From the NCBI GenBank assembly GCA_001001045.1, contig LCIL01000005.1:21409-85408 (forward strand): 64,000 bases of DNA. The letters are read 5' to 3'. This document shows positions 11,645 to 24,220 of the stretch, one piece after another (position 1 is the first letter of the stretch; every line of letters starts with the position of its first letter). Both the position numbers and the translations under genes were made by a program. Source of the stretch: Candidatus Woesebacteria bacterium GW2011_GWA1_44_23. Lineage in GTDB: Bacteria > Patescibacteriota > Microgenomatia > UBA8517. The notes under the pieces were generated by a model. That model saw only the letters and a program-made list of their open reading frames with translations, did not search any database and was not told the origin of the DNA.

Positions 11645-12580
11645 ATGAAACGTCTCGCCGAGATAGCCTTCGTGTACCTCATTTTGGGGTGCCTATTTTT
11701 GTCCGCTGGTGGTTTACCCGCCTCGGCCCAAATACTGCCGAATCTGGGGACCAGGAGGGCCCAAGTGACGATTTCCGCAAGCCTCGGGGAACCGGTTTTG
11801 CGGCTTTGGGGCTACGGCTCTGCAAACTCAAGGGTTGAGTTGAGCGGACGGGGTGTTGCCGATTTTGCATATTCAAGGAGTGACGGCTATTATGAGTTTT
11901 CAAAAGCTTTTCTGCCGGCACCAACGGATTTTCTTTACCCCGAGCTTTGTCTGACCGCAATTGACCAGACCGGCCGGGCTACTCCCCCCACCTGCATCCC
12001 GGCTCTTCCCGCAAATGAATTCAGCTACGATATAGGGCCGATAATTTTACCCCCCACACTAAGTCTGGAGGCAGGAAGTACCACTCCGGACACTCAAGTG
12101 GCGGCAAGCGGCATGACAATTCCTAATTCCGAAGTCAAAATTGTTTTGGCGGAAGGCGGTACCGGCAACGCCATTACTAAACTCAGCATCGTTACCGAAG
12201 TTTCGGCGTATTACATTCCGAATTATACTGTGAAATCCGATTCTCAAGGCTACTTCAACTTCAACATGCCCGCGACAACTTCAGATAAATGGCGTATGTT
12301 TGCAATCACAAACTATTCACAGGTAGCCACATCCCCCAAAAGCAACACCCTCACCTTTGAAGTAATTTCCCCGGCCCTTGCCGCTGCCCAAAAATTTTGG
12401 AAACTGATTCTTTCACTTTTAACGCTACCTGTATTTATATCTTTCGAAATATTAATCATTCTCGTCCTTATCGCTTTATTGCTGGTGAAAAGGGGTAAAA
12501 AGAAAGTATCTCCAACTATTTCAAACAAGATCGATGAATATCAAGCTTACCTGATTTCGAAGCGCTTACCCAAAATCTAA
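11645..12580 (+). CDS. Surface protein with Ig-like domains and C-terminal TM anchor
   Basis: Signal peptide, SGMTIPNSEV and SDSQGYFNF Ig-like motifs, TM followed by KRGKKK. Confidence 0.55.
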   Translation: MKRLAEIAFVYLILGCLFLSAGGLPASAQILPNLGTRRAQVTISASLGEPVLRLWGYGSANSRVELSGRGVADFAYSRSDGYYEFSKAFLPAPTDFLYPELCLTAIDQTGRATPPTCIPALPANEFSYDIGPIILPPTLSLEAGSTTPDTQVAASGMTIPNSEVKIVLAEGGTGNAITKLSIVTEVSAYYIPNYTVKSDSQGYFNFNMPATTSDKWRMFAITNYSQVATSPKSNTLTFEVISPALAAAQKFWKLILSLLTLPVFISFEILIILVLIALLLVKRGKKKVSPTISNKIDEYQAYLISKRLPKI

Positions 12581-13134
12581 TCAAAAGTGACAGTTGCTTT
12601 TTGGATCAAGGTTGCACCGTCGACTGCAGCCTCTATAATGTAAACCCCGGGGGCACTCTCCGAGGCTATATCAAAAGTCGCCCTTCCCTGATTGTCCGTA
12701 ACCGGCTGGATGGGAGAAACCTGGAGTGGGCCTCCTCCCAATGAAACGGTTTTGCCGGATATCCCAAGCCCCCTGTCGTTAAGAATGTAAACGGTTATTC
12801 TTATCTGTTCCCCTCCCACTTTAGCTCTTAAGGGGGACGCAAAAACGTATGAGTTCTCCAAAGACAAACCCGAGCTGCCCGCCGGCCGCGTTTTTTCGGT
12901 ACTGGTTGTAACGGAAGAATAAGCACCGCTTCGAAAAATAAGGGGGCTACGTATCAGATACAGAAAAAGGATGAGTATAAGAATAAGGATAATAAAAACA
13001 ATAAAAACTAAAATTATGTACCTCGTCCTCCTGGAGTCCCTTTCATTTTTTGTATTTTCGCTCTCTATTTTTTCGTCCTCTATACTTTTATCCTCGATAC
13101 TCCTGCCAACAATACTTTCATTATCCGCATCCAT
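12577..13134 (-). CDS. Membrane-anchored Big_1 (invasin-type Ig) domain protein
   Basis: Long TM helix then SYVFASPLRAK...ITVYILNDRGLGISGKTV...VTDNQGRATF. Confidence 0.65.
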   Translation of the reverse strand: MDADNESIVGRSIEDKSIEDEKIESENTKNERDSRRTRYIILVFIVFIILILILILFLYLIRSPLIFRSGAYSSVTTSTEKTRPAGSSGLSLENSYVFASPLRAKVGGEQIRITVYILNDRGLGISGKTVSLGGGPLQVSPIQPVTDNQGRATFDIASESAPGVYIIEAAVDGATLIQKATVTFD

Positions 13135-13608
13135 GATATTATAATGAGGTACATCGTAATAAAAATCAAGTTTCTATGTATCTTCACAACTTTTGCGTGA
13201 AAATGTAACTCTCAGCTCACGTAAATTATAATTGCCATAAATTCGGGGTAAAAGTAGGGTAAATATTCCTGGCACTCAAGATATGGGTTTGCCAATTATA
13301 TGCGTAATTTTTCTATATTGAGCATACCAAGCTGCTGACAGTGTTTGATATACATATATACCGACAAATTGGAAAGTTAACCGCAAAATTATAGGACTTC
13401 ATATAATAAACGCATATCTCCGCATAAGAATTTTAGGCACGATATTTGTGTGTAAAACAGCGTTATTTTACAGTTATAGCCCCTGCCTTTTATTAATATA
13501 TAGTATTTTTGATGCGTGAAATTACTGCGGTAAATATACTATATACTGCATGAAATATATTTTACCATTCACCCGTTTTATTGCTAATATATTGCAACAA
13601 TTAGGCTC

Positions 13609-13637
13609 TTGACAGCCTTGGTAAATACTTTAATAAT
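13609..13637 (+). promoter_or_regulatory. Putative sigma70 promoter of the SAM-domain/giant fibre operon
   Basis: TTGACA at 13609, 17-nt spacer, AATAAT; a further TATAAT lies closer to ATG 13675. Confidence 0.45.
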
Positions 13638-13674
13638 AGTCTAATTAGTATAATTCAGTATAATCTAGCCTTAA

Positions 13675-14193
13675 ATGCCCGATACACAATCCGACTCAGT
13701 CAAAAAAGATTTTATTAAATATCTCGATTCTCTTGGCCTTTCTCCCAGATCTCATAAAAATTATAGGAGCGATTTGGGCTACTTCCTTTCCTGGACAATA
13801 TTAAGAATCAGGTCTTTCGGAGCGTACGTCGAGTCGTTAACTGAAGTTGTCCCCTTTTTGAACAAAGATCTTGGCCGTGAATTTAAGAACTACATGACCG
13901 AGAATTCTGTTCCGTCAAAGACCATAAACCGGAGGCTATCCACTCTCAGGCACCTATCCAAATTTTTGACGCAAAGCCATGTTGTCGACAAGGATTTTGC
14001 CGGAGGAATTGAAAATATCAGTTCAAATTACAACAAGAGGCCCGGTATTAATCCTGTTTTCAATGATTTTAGATCGTTTCTCGAAAGTGAGAAGGTTTCC
14101 CCTAACACTATCAAAAACTATCTTTCTGATATAAGACATTTTCTGGCGTGGCTGGAGAATGACAACAAACAAACAGGTAACTTAACAAATTAA
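13675..14193 (+). CDS. Protein of two tandem phage-integrase N-terminal SAM-like domains, no catalytic domain
   Basis: FIKYLDSLGLSPRSHKNYRSDLGYFLSW...SKTINRRLSTLRHLSKFL, then FRSFLESEKVSPNTIKNYLSDIRHFLAWL; ends with no R-H-R-Y catalytic region. Confidence 0.8.
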   Translation: MPDTQSDSVKKDFIKYLDSLGLSPRSHKNYRSDLGYFLSWTILRIRSFGAYVESLTEVVPFLNKDLGREFKNYMTENSVPSKTINRRLSTLRHLSKFLTQSHVVDKDFAGGIENISSNYNKRPGINPVFNDFRSFLESEKVSPNTIKNYLSDIRHFLAWLENDNKQTGNLTN

Positions 14194-14201
14194 CTAAATA
14201 T

Positions 14202-17200
14202 ATGTCCAACCTGCCTGATATCACTCCTGATTTAATAAAAAGATACCAAGAAGATTTGGTTGCACGCTTCTCCCCGGCCACGGTTAAGAGAAAGTCGATT
14301 TCGGTCGGTAAGTTTCTTGACTGGGCTCAAAAGGAAGGATTCCTGGATACGAATCCCGGAGGTGTTCTTTCGGCTCAGCGTTCAAAGGAGACACTAATCC
14401 CCGCAAAAGCTGCGGGAAAAACTGGTCTCCGCAAATGGTACCATAGGTATCAAAGTATTCCGGGAGCTTCGTATCTCGGGGTTGCGGTTGCCTTAATCCT
14501 TGCTTCAACTATTGGTCTTGGAGTATATAATCAATTCTTTAAAAATGCGCAAAACCCCCTGGCCTACCCCACTTCTCTAACGCCTCCAAGCCGTTATTTA
14601 TCCTTCCAGGGCAGACTCACAAATCAATTCGGTAACCCGATAACAGCCGTAACCAGTGTTACTTTTAAGCTTTATGACGATCCTAGTGCGGGTACAACTC
14701 TTTGGACGGGTACATGTAATGTTTCACCGGATACTGACGGGGTTTTTTCTTCTCTCCTCGGAAGCGATTGCGGAACACAGCTAACAAGCAACGTTTTCTC
14801 CGAAAATGCCGCGGTCTGGCTGGGAGTAAAGGTTGAGTCCGATCTTGAAGCCACACCCAGGGTGCAAATCGCAACCGTCGCCTATGCTACGAATTCGGAG
14901 ACCTTGCAAGGATTCCCTGCCTCCGCATCGGCAACGATCAACACGGTTCCCGTAATAGACAACTCGGGGCAATTGGTCATCGCAGCCTCCTCCCCCAAAA
15001 TTCAATCCACTTCAGGCACATTTGCGATTGAGGGACAGGCTTTGACAATAAGCACACCAACTGCATCAAACGGTGATGTTACTATAGCACCAGATGGCAC
15101 GGGTCAGCTCAATTTAACTTTTTCCGGAGCATCCCCGGGATCCGGAACCGGGATGGTGAATGCTACCGATGCCAATTTAACCTCAGGGTCTCTCTACTAT
15201 GGTGAGGTTGCCAATGACGCCACGGGATACAATCTGCTTGAGCTTGCAAGCGGTGCCACACCGAGAACCAAATTTGCGGTTGATTCGGCAGGTAATGCAA
15301 CGCTTTCGGGAACGATCAACGGCCTTGCCATTTCCGGAGGAACGATAACCTCAGGAACTTGGAATGGAACCGTAATTTCCACTACATACGGGGGTACCGG
15401 ACAGGACTGGGATTCCATCGCCCAAGGTTCACTTCCCTATTTCTCGGGAACCGGGACTATGAGTACGCTGGCTCCGGGGACTTCGGGATATGTTCTAATG
15501 ACTCAAGGGGCTTCAGCCAATCCGATTTGGACTCCTTCCTCAGGGGTAGGAACCAACTACTGGCAACTAACTTCAAATGCCCTCTCCCCCGTTAACTCAA
15601 CTTACGCACTAAACATAGGTAACACCGCAAGTACTTCCGCCTACTTCCATGTACCGGGAACCAATAATCAAAACGCATGGTTCAACTTGGGAACCGGGTA
15701 TTTAGGTGTTGGAACAACATCACCAACGGCTATATTGGATATTTCTGGAAATACAACAACATCGCTGGTTAAAATAACCCAAAATCACAGCTGGTCCGGT
15801 ACAGAATATGCGCTTACCGTTTCGGGATATTCAAATTTGGGAGGTTTTCGTATTAATGCTGCAGATGGTGCCAATGCAATATATAACACTCTTAATGGAA
15901 CGCTGGGTTTTACGAACAACCAAGGATATCCAATAACCTTCTCTAGTTGGAGCGGATCAACGGGTACTGAACGTATGAGGATAGACACCACTTCTGGTAA
16001 CGTCGGTATAGGTACCACTTCACCATCCCAAAAGCTTGATGTTGCCGGCAATGTCAATATCTCAGGCTATGCCACAGCTTCAGCATCTCTTAATGTCGGT
16101 AGCGGAAATGCATTGGCTGGGATAGGAAATATTTCGTATTCCAATGCACTCCTTCCTGGTGGAGTTGCAGGAACTTCAGGATATGTACTCACTTCCTCAG
16201 GGGGTGGAGTAAACACTTGGACAAACCCTGCAACTGTAGGAACTAACTACTGGCAGTTGAACGGATTGGTTCTCTCCCCTGCCAATGCAGTAGCATATGA
16301 TCTCACTATTGGAGGGACGGCAACAGGTTCTGCCTTCCAGGTATTTGCTGCAACAGGGAATATTACAACCTCGGGAGATTTAGCTCTCAATGGTGGGGAT
16401 ATCACATCGACCGGAGATCTGACTATTGATCCTGCGGGTGGAGACGTCTTCCTAAACTCAGACAATCTTAACCTTACGGCCTCCACCAACCTTATCTTTG
16501 GATCAACATCACTTGGAGAATACACATCAAACACAGATTCTGGAGCATATGTTGTTGGCGTATATGATGAGTTTACATATTCTACTGCAACCAATGTCCA
16601 GGGAGTACTAAAGAGCTTTGATACAGCTATCGCAGGAGCCTCCCTTTGGCAAAGAACAGCAGGCTCTCTTGCTCCTGCCAATATTACAGACTCACTTAAT
16701 CTCGGCAATACAGCAACAGCCTCAGCTCTAGTCCACTTGGCAGGAACAACCGGAGAAAACTCATGGATCAACACAGGGAGTGTGGGAATCGGAACAACAA
16801 ATCCGACTTTCAAACTTCATGTTATTGGTACAGCTGGCTTTTCAAATACGGTTACACTTACTACCAACAATGGCTTTTTCTTCGGAACTAAAACTGATGG
16901 TTCTACTACACACCGACTGATTGGACTTAATAATTCAAATCAGCTTCAAATTGGAGAAAATGCTAACGGTGTTCCTCTTATTTTTAAATCTGGAAGCAGC
17001 GGCCAAATGCTGTTTGACACATCAGGAAATCTAGGCATTGGCCTCACTAACCCTTCCTACAAACTGGATGTTACCGGCGATATTAACCTCACTGGAGCTC
17101 TGAGAGATAACGGTTCGGCAGGAACTTCCGGTCAGGTTCTTTCAACTACAGGAACAGGGGTGCAGTGGATAGATGCGGCAGGAGTAGGAACAAACTACTG

Positions 17201-20200
17201 GTCGGTGCTGAGTAACAACACAATATACCCCACAAACACCCTTCAGGATCTGCTTTTGGGTTCGTCTGCCACCGCATCAGCCAAATTTGCATTCAAAGGG
17301 GTTGGATCAGGAGTCCCTACAGCTTCCATCTCAGGAACAACTGCCAATGTAGCTACATTCATTGATGGTAACGGTAATATTTCCACAACAAACCGTAATA
17401 ATCTGATACTTGGAAATTCCTCCACATACAATTCAACCGGGAATATTCTTCTTAACCCCAATGGGACTGGAAATGTGGGGATTGGGACAACTGCCCCAAG
17501 TGGAAAGACCCATATTTTAGGATCTACAAACTCTGGGAACCAGCTTCTTGTCCTACAGAGTTCTGATGATTCCATAAATGACAACGCCCTTGAGATTCAG
17601 ACAAGCTCAGGAACTGTAGTAAGCCGATTTCGCGGTGATGGACGACTCTTTGTTTCAAATCAAATCGGAGTAACCAATGGAGCCTACTCCGGCAACTGGT
17701 ATGGACATCAACTGGATTTGACTGGAAGTGGTACCGTTTCTATTACTGCCGCAGGTAATTCTTATTTTAATTCTGGCAATGTTGGTCTCGGTACTGTTTC
17801 CCCGACAGCCAAACTTGACGTAGCAGGTGACGCTTCCACCTCTGCCTCGCTTGTATTTAGAGGTGCCACCCCAACCATTGATATTCTTAACGGTTCAACT
17901 CTCACATTCCAATCCTCCCCCGGTGGGGATGCCGGTCTAACAAGCATTGCTACCCTTGCACCTGCCGGCAACTTTACCGTTAACGGAACATTAAATGGAT
18001 TAACGGTATCGGGAGGAACAATAACGGGAGGGACCTGGAATGGAAGTTTAATTGGTACTCAATGGGGTGGAACGGGGGCCAATAACTCCACCGCAGCCCA
18101 ATATTCAGTTCCTTACTACTCTGCAACGGGAGTATTGGGAGGAGTTCTAGCTCCGGGAACCTCAGGATATGTATTGACCACAAACAGTACCAGTGGAGCT
18201 CCTACCTGGACCAATGCAGGAAGTGTTGGAACCAACTACTGGCAACTAAATAGCCTTGTTCTCTCCCCTGCCAATGCCTCTGCGTATGACCTTGCTATAG
18301 GAGGGACAGCAACAGGTTCTGCCTTCCAGGTATTTGCTGCAACCGGAGATATTACAACCTCGGGAGATTTGGCTCTCAATGGTGGGGATCTTACAACCAC
18401 AGGTGATTTGACCATTAATCCTGCGGGTGGGGATGTCTACTTGAACTCAGACAATCTTAACCTTACGGCCTCCACCAACCTTATCTTTGGATCAACATCA
18501 CTTGGAGAATATACATCAAACACGGATTCGGGAGCATATGTTGTTGGTGTATATGATGAATTCACATACTCTACTGCTACCAATATACAGGGAGTGCTAA
18601 AAAGTTTTGATACGGCCATTGCAGGAGCTTCTCTTTGGCAAAGAACAACAGGTTCACTCGCTCCTGCAAACATTACAGACTCACTTAACCTTGGCGCTAC
18701 CGCCACAGCAAGTGCCCTCGTGCACCTTGCCGGTACTTCGGGAGAAAACTCATTCATTAATACGGGTAATGTGGGGATAGGAACAAGTGCTCCTTCCACA
18801 TATAAGCTCCAGGTAGTAGGAACGGGAGGATTTAGTACAGACAGGCTGCTGCCGTTACTTTCGGAAACGCTTCATACCAGACGAATATAAGCGGATCTTC
18901 GGTTGTTGTTAACTCCCTAACCGGAATGATCAAAGGAACAAGCGGAACACTTAGTGCAATTACGGGGACAGCCGGATATGTAACTTACTGGAGTGATGCC
19001 AATACCATCGCAGCGGAACAATTTGTGACCACAGCCCAAGGAGGCTTGGGAGCAAATGTAACGGCAGGAGGTATAGGAGAAATCCTTTACTCAACAGGAA
19101 CAACCACGTATGACTCCTTAACTGCGGGGACTAGCGGATACATCCTTAAAGCAGCAGGAGCGGCTGCTCCTGCCTGGACGGCGCCTGCTGCTTTGACCAA
19201 GACGGATGACACCAATGTTACCGCCACTCTCGGGGGAAGCGCTTCCACCGCTTTGGTCAATGCTGCCTCCATTACCCTGGGCTGGACGGGACAGCTTTCC
19301 TTGGCCAGGGGCGGAACAAATAAAGCAATGACAGCATCAGCCGGAAGTGTTGCCTACTCCGATGCCGATTCACTGGAACTAGGGGTGGGAACTTCCGGAT
19401 ACGTACTTACCTCAGCAGGAACGGGAACTCCTACTTGGACCAATCCTGCAACACTCGGAACCAATCACTGGCAGCTTGCAAATAACATCCTGGCACCTAT
19501 TAATGTAACCAATGATCTTGCTATTGGGGGAAACTCTACAGCTTCTGCAAAATTCCAGGTGATGGGAACAACAGGCAATATCTCAACAGCCAACAATACC
19601 GTTGACTGGACACTAAACTCTGCAGTTGATGCACTAAATATTGATACCAATACACTTTCAGTAGATGCATTAAATAACAGAGTAGGGATTGGGACAACCA
19701 ATCCTTCTTCAAAAGTGGAGATCTCCGATGGAACAGACTCATTACAAATAGCCGCAAATGGCGATCTTACCTTTGTTGATGCTGACAGCTTTGCGCAAAT
19801 CATAGGACCTAACGGGGGCGGTCTCTATATCAGCTCAGGGACAAGTCAGGATATAGACCTTAATGCCGGCTCAAACAGAATCTATGTTAACGAGGGTCAA
19901 TTAGAATTTAATGCTTCAAGCAGCGATGCTATTTTAGATATTAATAAAAATGGAACAAGTCTACTAAGAATTGAGAATGAATGGGGTGGACAGGTTGCCA
20001 ATATGTATGTGGAGGGCCGCGTCGGTATTGGCACGACTGCTCCTACCGCAGAACTTGATGTTGCCGGTACCGCTTCTGTCTCTGCACTAACCATACGCGG
20101 CGCGTCTCCCGGCTATATAAACCAAGTCAACGGAAACAGCCTAATATTCCGCACGTCTCCCGGAGGAGATACGGGACTTACCGAAAAAATGACTCTCACC

Positions 20201-23200
20201 AACGCAGGCTACCTTGGAATCGGAACAACGTCTCCAAATACTAGTCTTCAGGTTGGATCGGGAACGAGCAATCACTCGCTAAGTGCTAATGACACCCTTC
20301 TAACCGCCGATCTTGAACTGGATGGAACAATGTATCTTGATGGCGGACAGATAGCCAATTCGGCCGGAACGGTGTCATTTAGCCTTTCCGCCACACCTGC
20401 AACTTCTTACAACTATCTTTCGTCCAGCAGTTGGCTTATTGATAATCCTGTCAATGTAGGCCAGGCTGCCCTGATGGTAAATCAAGGGAAAGGAGGAGAC
20501 ATTTTTACAGCCTCCGCTTCGGGATCTACTAAGTTTGTCATCAAGAACGATGGCAAAGTCGGGATTGGGACAACAGATCCTCAGGCAATTACACATATAA
20601 AAAACATGAATAACACGCAAGAGATGACAATTCTCCAAATCGATCCTGGTACTTTCACTACGGCAGGCACCTTCTCTGGCATAGTGGCAGATTTCAGTAG
20701 TATTACCCGAAGCGATAGCGACGCCATTGTTTATGGTATCTTTTTAAACAGTCCAACGGCAGGAGGCACCCCGCTCGATACGGTATACGGATTGTACATT
20801 GCAGGGACCAACTGGAATTACGGGATCGTGTCCGAAGACGATGTCTGGTTTCTATCCAACACAACTATCGGGGACGCCAGCGGTGATGCGGTTACGGTAA
20901 ATAGCGCCGGTTGGACTTTCAGCAATGATACCAACTTTTCTCTTTCCGGTGGGGTCAACGGACTGTCTTTCGATACAAGTACTCTGTCAATTGATGCAAC
21001 TAATGATCGAGTCGGCATTGGAACAACCAGCCCCAATGCCAAATTGGAAGTAACCGGAGATGTTTACCTGAGTAACGGTGCAACCCGGAATATAAAAATC
21101 CCAGCGAATATTGATGCTAACGGCAACGATCTTTATATCATGGCCGGAAGCGGAACCTCGACCGGGCCTGGCAATTATAACGGAGGGGATCTCTATCTTG
21201 ATGCCGGCAGTGGTATCAATGCCGGAGTCCCGGGGGATATTCTGCTTCAAACCACGAGCGGTAATGTCGGTATCGGTTTGACAAACCCCAGCCAGGCTCT
21301 TCAGGTTACAGGTAGTATTAATACCAGCGTCCAGTTCCTGGGTCAATCGGCAGATACCGTCTCTGCTCCGGCTTTCTCATGGACCGGTAATACGACTACC
21401 GGAATATATCGTCCTGCCGCCAGCCAAATTGCTCTTACCCTTGGAGGAACCCAAAGAGCTCTTTTCACCGCCACAGCCGTTACCCTTACCGGCCAGACAA
21501 CCCTTACCGCCTCATCACTGTCTACTCTCACCACATCCGCCACACTTAGTTTGGGTGGTGCCACAACTTTGACCTTTACTTCAGACAATGCCACCATCAA
21601 TGGTTCTGATGTTGCAGACGGCGATCTGACTCTTCAAGGAACATCCAACGCGACAAGGACAACAAGTTACGTTCTGCTTCAACCCACAGCCGGATACGTC
21701 GGCATTGGCACGACAGCACCTGTAACCCTGCTACATATACCCAGCACAGCCGATGGAGGTTTGAGCACTCATGGCTCTGAGGTATTAGGCCCGGTATCTG
21801 GAATAAATATGATGATGGATTCTAACGAAATCATGGTAAGAAACAATGGTGTCGCTTCAGCGCTGTATTTAAATCATGAGGGTGGGACTGTCAATATAAG
21901 CCAGTCAACTGCAGGTATCTTTTCAGTTAACACTAATGGACTTTATGTTAATGCAAGCAATAGTGTCGGCATTGGAACAACGGCACCCGGGGAGGAGCTT
22001 GATATAGCAGGACAAATCCAATTTAACTTGGATGGCGCCGCGGGAGATAATACGATTGGTGTTTGTAAAAGCGTGGCTGACAGCACGGGGGTAGAAGCCG
22101 ACGTTGAATTCCGAGACTGCAGCGGTACTCCGGGTGATATTGCGGAATATTATGCGGCGGAGGCCGACTTACATCCCGGAGACATTGTATCTATTACATA
22201 CATTGACAACAAACCCACGTTGATCAAAACAAACACTTCCTATGACAAGAATGTATTTGGAGTTGTATCTACCTATCCTGTCGGACAACACGGAAAACCG
22301 TTAAGTTCCGGTCTCTATTCTGCAGATGAATATCCAACAGCCATAGGTCTTGCAGGAAAAGTGCCGGTTAAAATCAGCGCAGAAAACGGACCTGTGGCAC
22401 CGGGTGATCCACTCGTATCGTCCTCCATTCCCGGCGTTGCCATGAAAGCTGGAAAAGCAGGCAAGATCATCGGTTATGCAATTGAACCGTATGACGGATC
22501 AACAACGGTCAGTAACGAGGTCAGGGTGCAGGAGTCTATGCGTAGCGGCGCAACCATGAAGTTCAATCTTGACCCACAAGACCCGACAGAGCCCGGAGTC
22601 GGCAAAATTCTGATGGCAGTCAACAATTCCACATATGATCCGGATATTTACCTTACCGATTCCGGCAATCTGAACGTTACCGTTGATCAAAACGGAAACT
22701 ACGAACTTACCGATACCACGACAGGAAACATAATCGACAGGGTTGGTGCATTTGCCGAAACGGTAGCCGCAACGGTGAGGGCAGGAGCAATTGTAACTTC
22801 CGATTTTGTTACCGAAAACCTGACCGCAGAAGTTGCCAACATAGCAAGTGTTGTTGCCCAAAACATTCAGGCAGGTGTGGTTGTAACTCAAGACCTGGCT
22901 ACAACTTCATTTACGGCTTTCCAGGGGACGGTTGACAATATGCTGATAAGTACGGGTTTGGTAGCCCAAAATGTACAAACGGATCTTATCTCTCCCCTTG
23001 CCGATTCTACTGACGTAAAAGTACAAGTGGGATCAAGCGCAACACCCTCCGGAAAGTTCATTGTCCAAGATACCGAAGGAAGTGCTGTGGCTTCAATCGA
23101 CAACGAAGGGAACGCCACATTCTCCGGAACTCTATATGCGGGAGCGATTGAGTCTCAGAGCCTGGATGACATTAAAGCCCTTTTGACCAGTGTCCAGACG

Positions 23201-23980
23201 GATCAGAATCTTTTGAAGGATGCTGCAAACTGGAATACTTTAACTGCAACAAACTCTGCAAGTCTTGATCAAATAGCGGTTGCCGATCTTTATGTAACCA
23301 ATCAAGCGGCCATTAATTCTCTCTCCGTAACCAATAGTGTAACAATAGGTTCCGATATGGTATTTAGTTCAACGCTCAACGACCAGTCATTGGCCGTCAA
23401 CAGCATCGATACGCTTTCCGCCCCCCTTAAGATTCAGGCTCTTGCCATGGCTCCTGTAGAAATCATGGCGGGCTTAGTCACAATTGATACTCACGGAAAT
23501 GTAAATATCAGCGGGAATCTTTATGTTGCCGGCCGGGTTAAGGCTTCCGGATTGACTTTGTCGGAAACCGATGTCCCGGAGAATGCTACAGCTTCAGCTC
23601 TTCTTACTCTTCAAAACCTGGCCGGGAGCGAGGTTGCCTCGGTTAATGCATCCGGCTCGGCCCAATTCGGATCAATCTCCACTCCCCAACTTGTTATTGC
23701 GGGGGCTGATGCAACGCAATCGGGTACTATTATAAACGGGGTTATTTCTACAAACTCAACCGTCGGGCAGGCGGTTATCCCGGCGGGAACCAGTGAAATT
23801 ACGATTAAAAATCCTAAAGTTACGGACTACACTTTGGTCTACGTAACTCCAACCTCTTCGACGGAAAACAACGTACTATATGTAAAGAGTAAACAGGGAG
23901 GTCAGTTTGTTGTTGGGTTTGCAAACCCAATAAATGTTGACGTCAGCTTTAACTGGTGGATAGTTCAAGTGAGCCAATGA
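14202..23980 (+). CDS. Giant (~3250 aa) membrane-anchored fibre/adhesin-like protein with N-terminal integrase SAM-like domain (frame break near 18840)
   Basis: N-terminal ITPDLIKRYQEDLVARFSPATVKRKSISVGKFLDW, a TM helix, an LSFQGRLT domain, many GNVGIGTTxP and GTNYW repeats, and a peptidase G2/IMC-like region (DIAEYY...GVVST...GLAGKVPVK...GDPLVSS...GVAMKA). The frame of ORF 18926 is open back to ~18840 (QAAAVTFGNASYQTNISGSSVVVNSLTG-MIKG). Confidence 0.8.
16239..16797 (+). repeat. Internal ~560-bp duplication in giant fibre gene, copy 1
   Basis: Encodes GTNYWQLN...SDNLNLTASTNLIFGSTSLGEYTSNTDSGAYVVGVYDEFTYSTATN...VGIGT, near-identical to copy 2. Confidence 0.9.
18228..18786 (+). repeat. Internal ~560-bp duplication in giant fibre gene, copy 2
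   Basis: Same ~185-aa unit with scattered, mostly synonymous substitutions. Confidence 0.9.
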
Positions 23981-24220
23981 TTTTATGGACATAAAAGGAA
24001 TACCTACTGATAAAAAGACATTAGCCATATTCGGCATATTACTTTTACTAGAAGGAGCCATTCTTAAAGGTCTGATTTTACAATGATAGCAAACCATATC
24101 AATATATATATATTTATATATCGTGAAATATTTTGATGTGAAAAGAAACAATTTGTTCTAAAAATGGGGTATTGACAACGCCTAAAAAATGCTAAATACT
24201 CATATGTACAAATAAAAAAA

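Noticed and set aside
16239-18786. Duplicated 560-bp unit as a DGR template/variable repeat pair
   Set aside because: Both copies are in-frame coding, differences are not adenine-specific, and no RT is present.
18830-18926. Programmed frameshift in the giant fibre gene
   Set aside because: No slippery heptamer or homopolymer at the junction; it resembles the other deletion-type breaks.
13675-23980. Prophage (integrase plus tail fibre)
   Set aside because: No catalytic integrase, terminase, capsid or portal genes; the fibre has a TM anchor.
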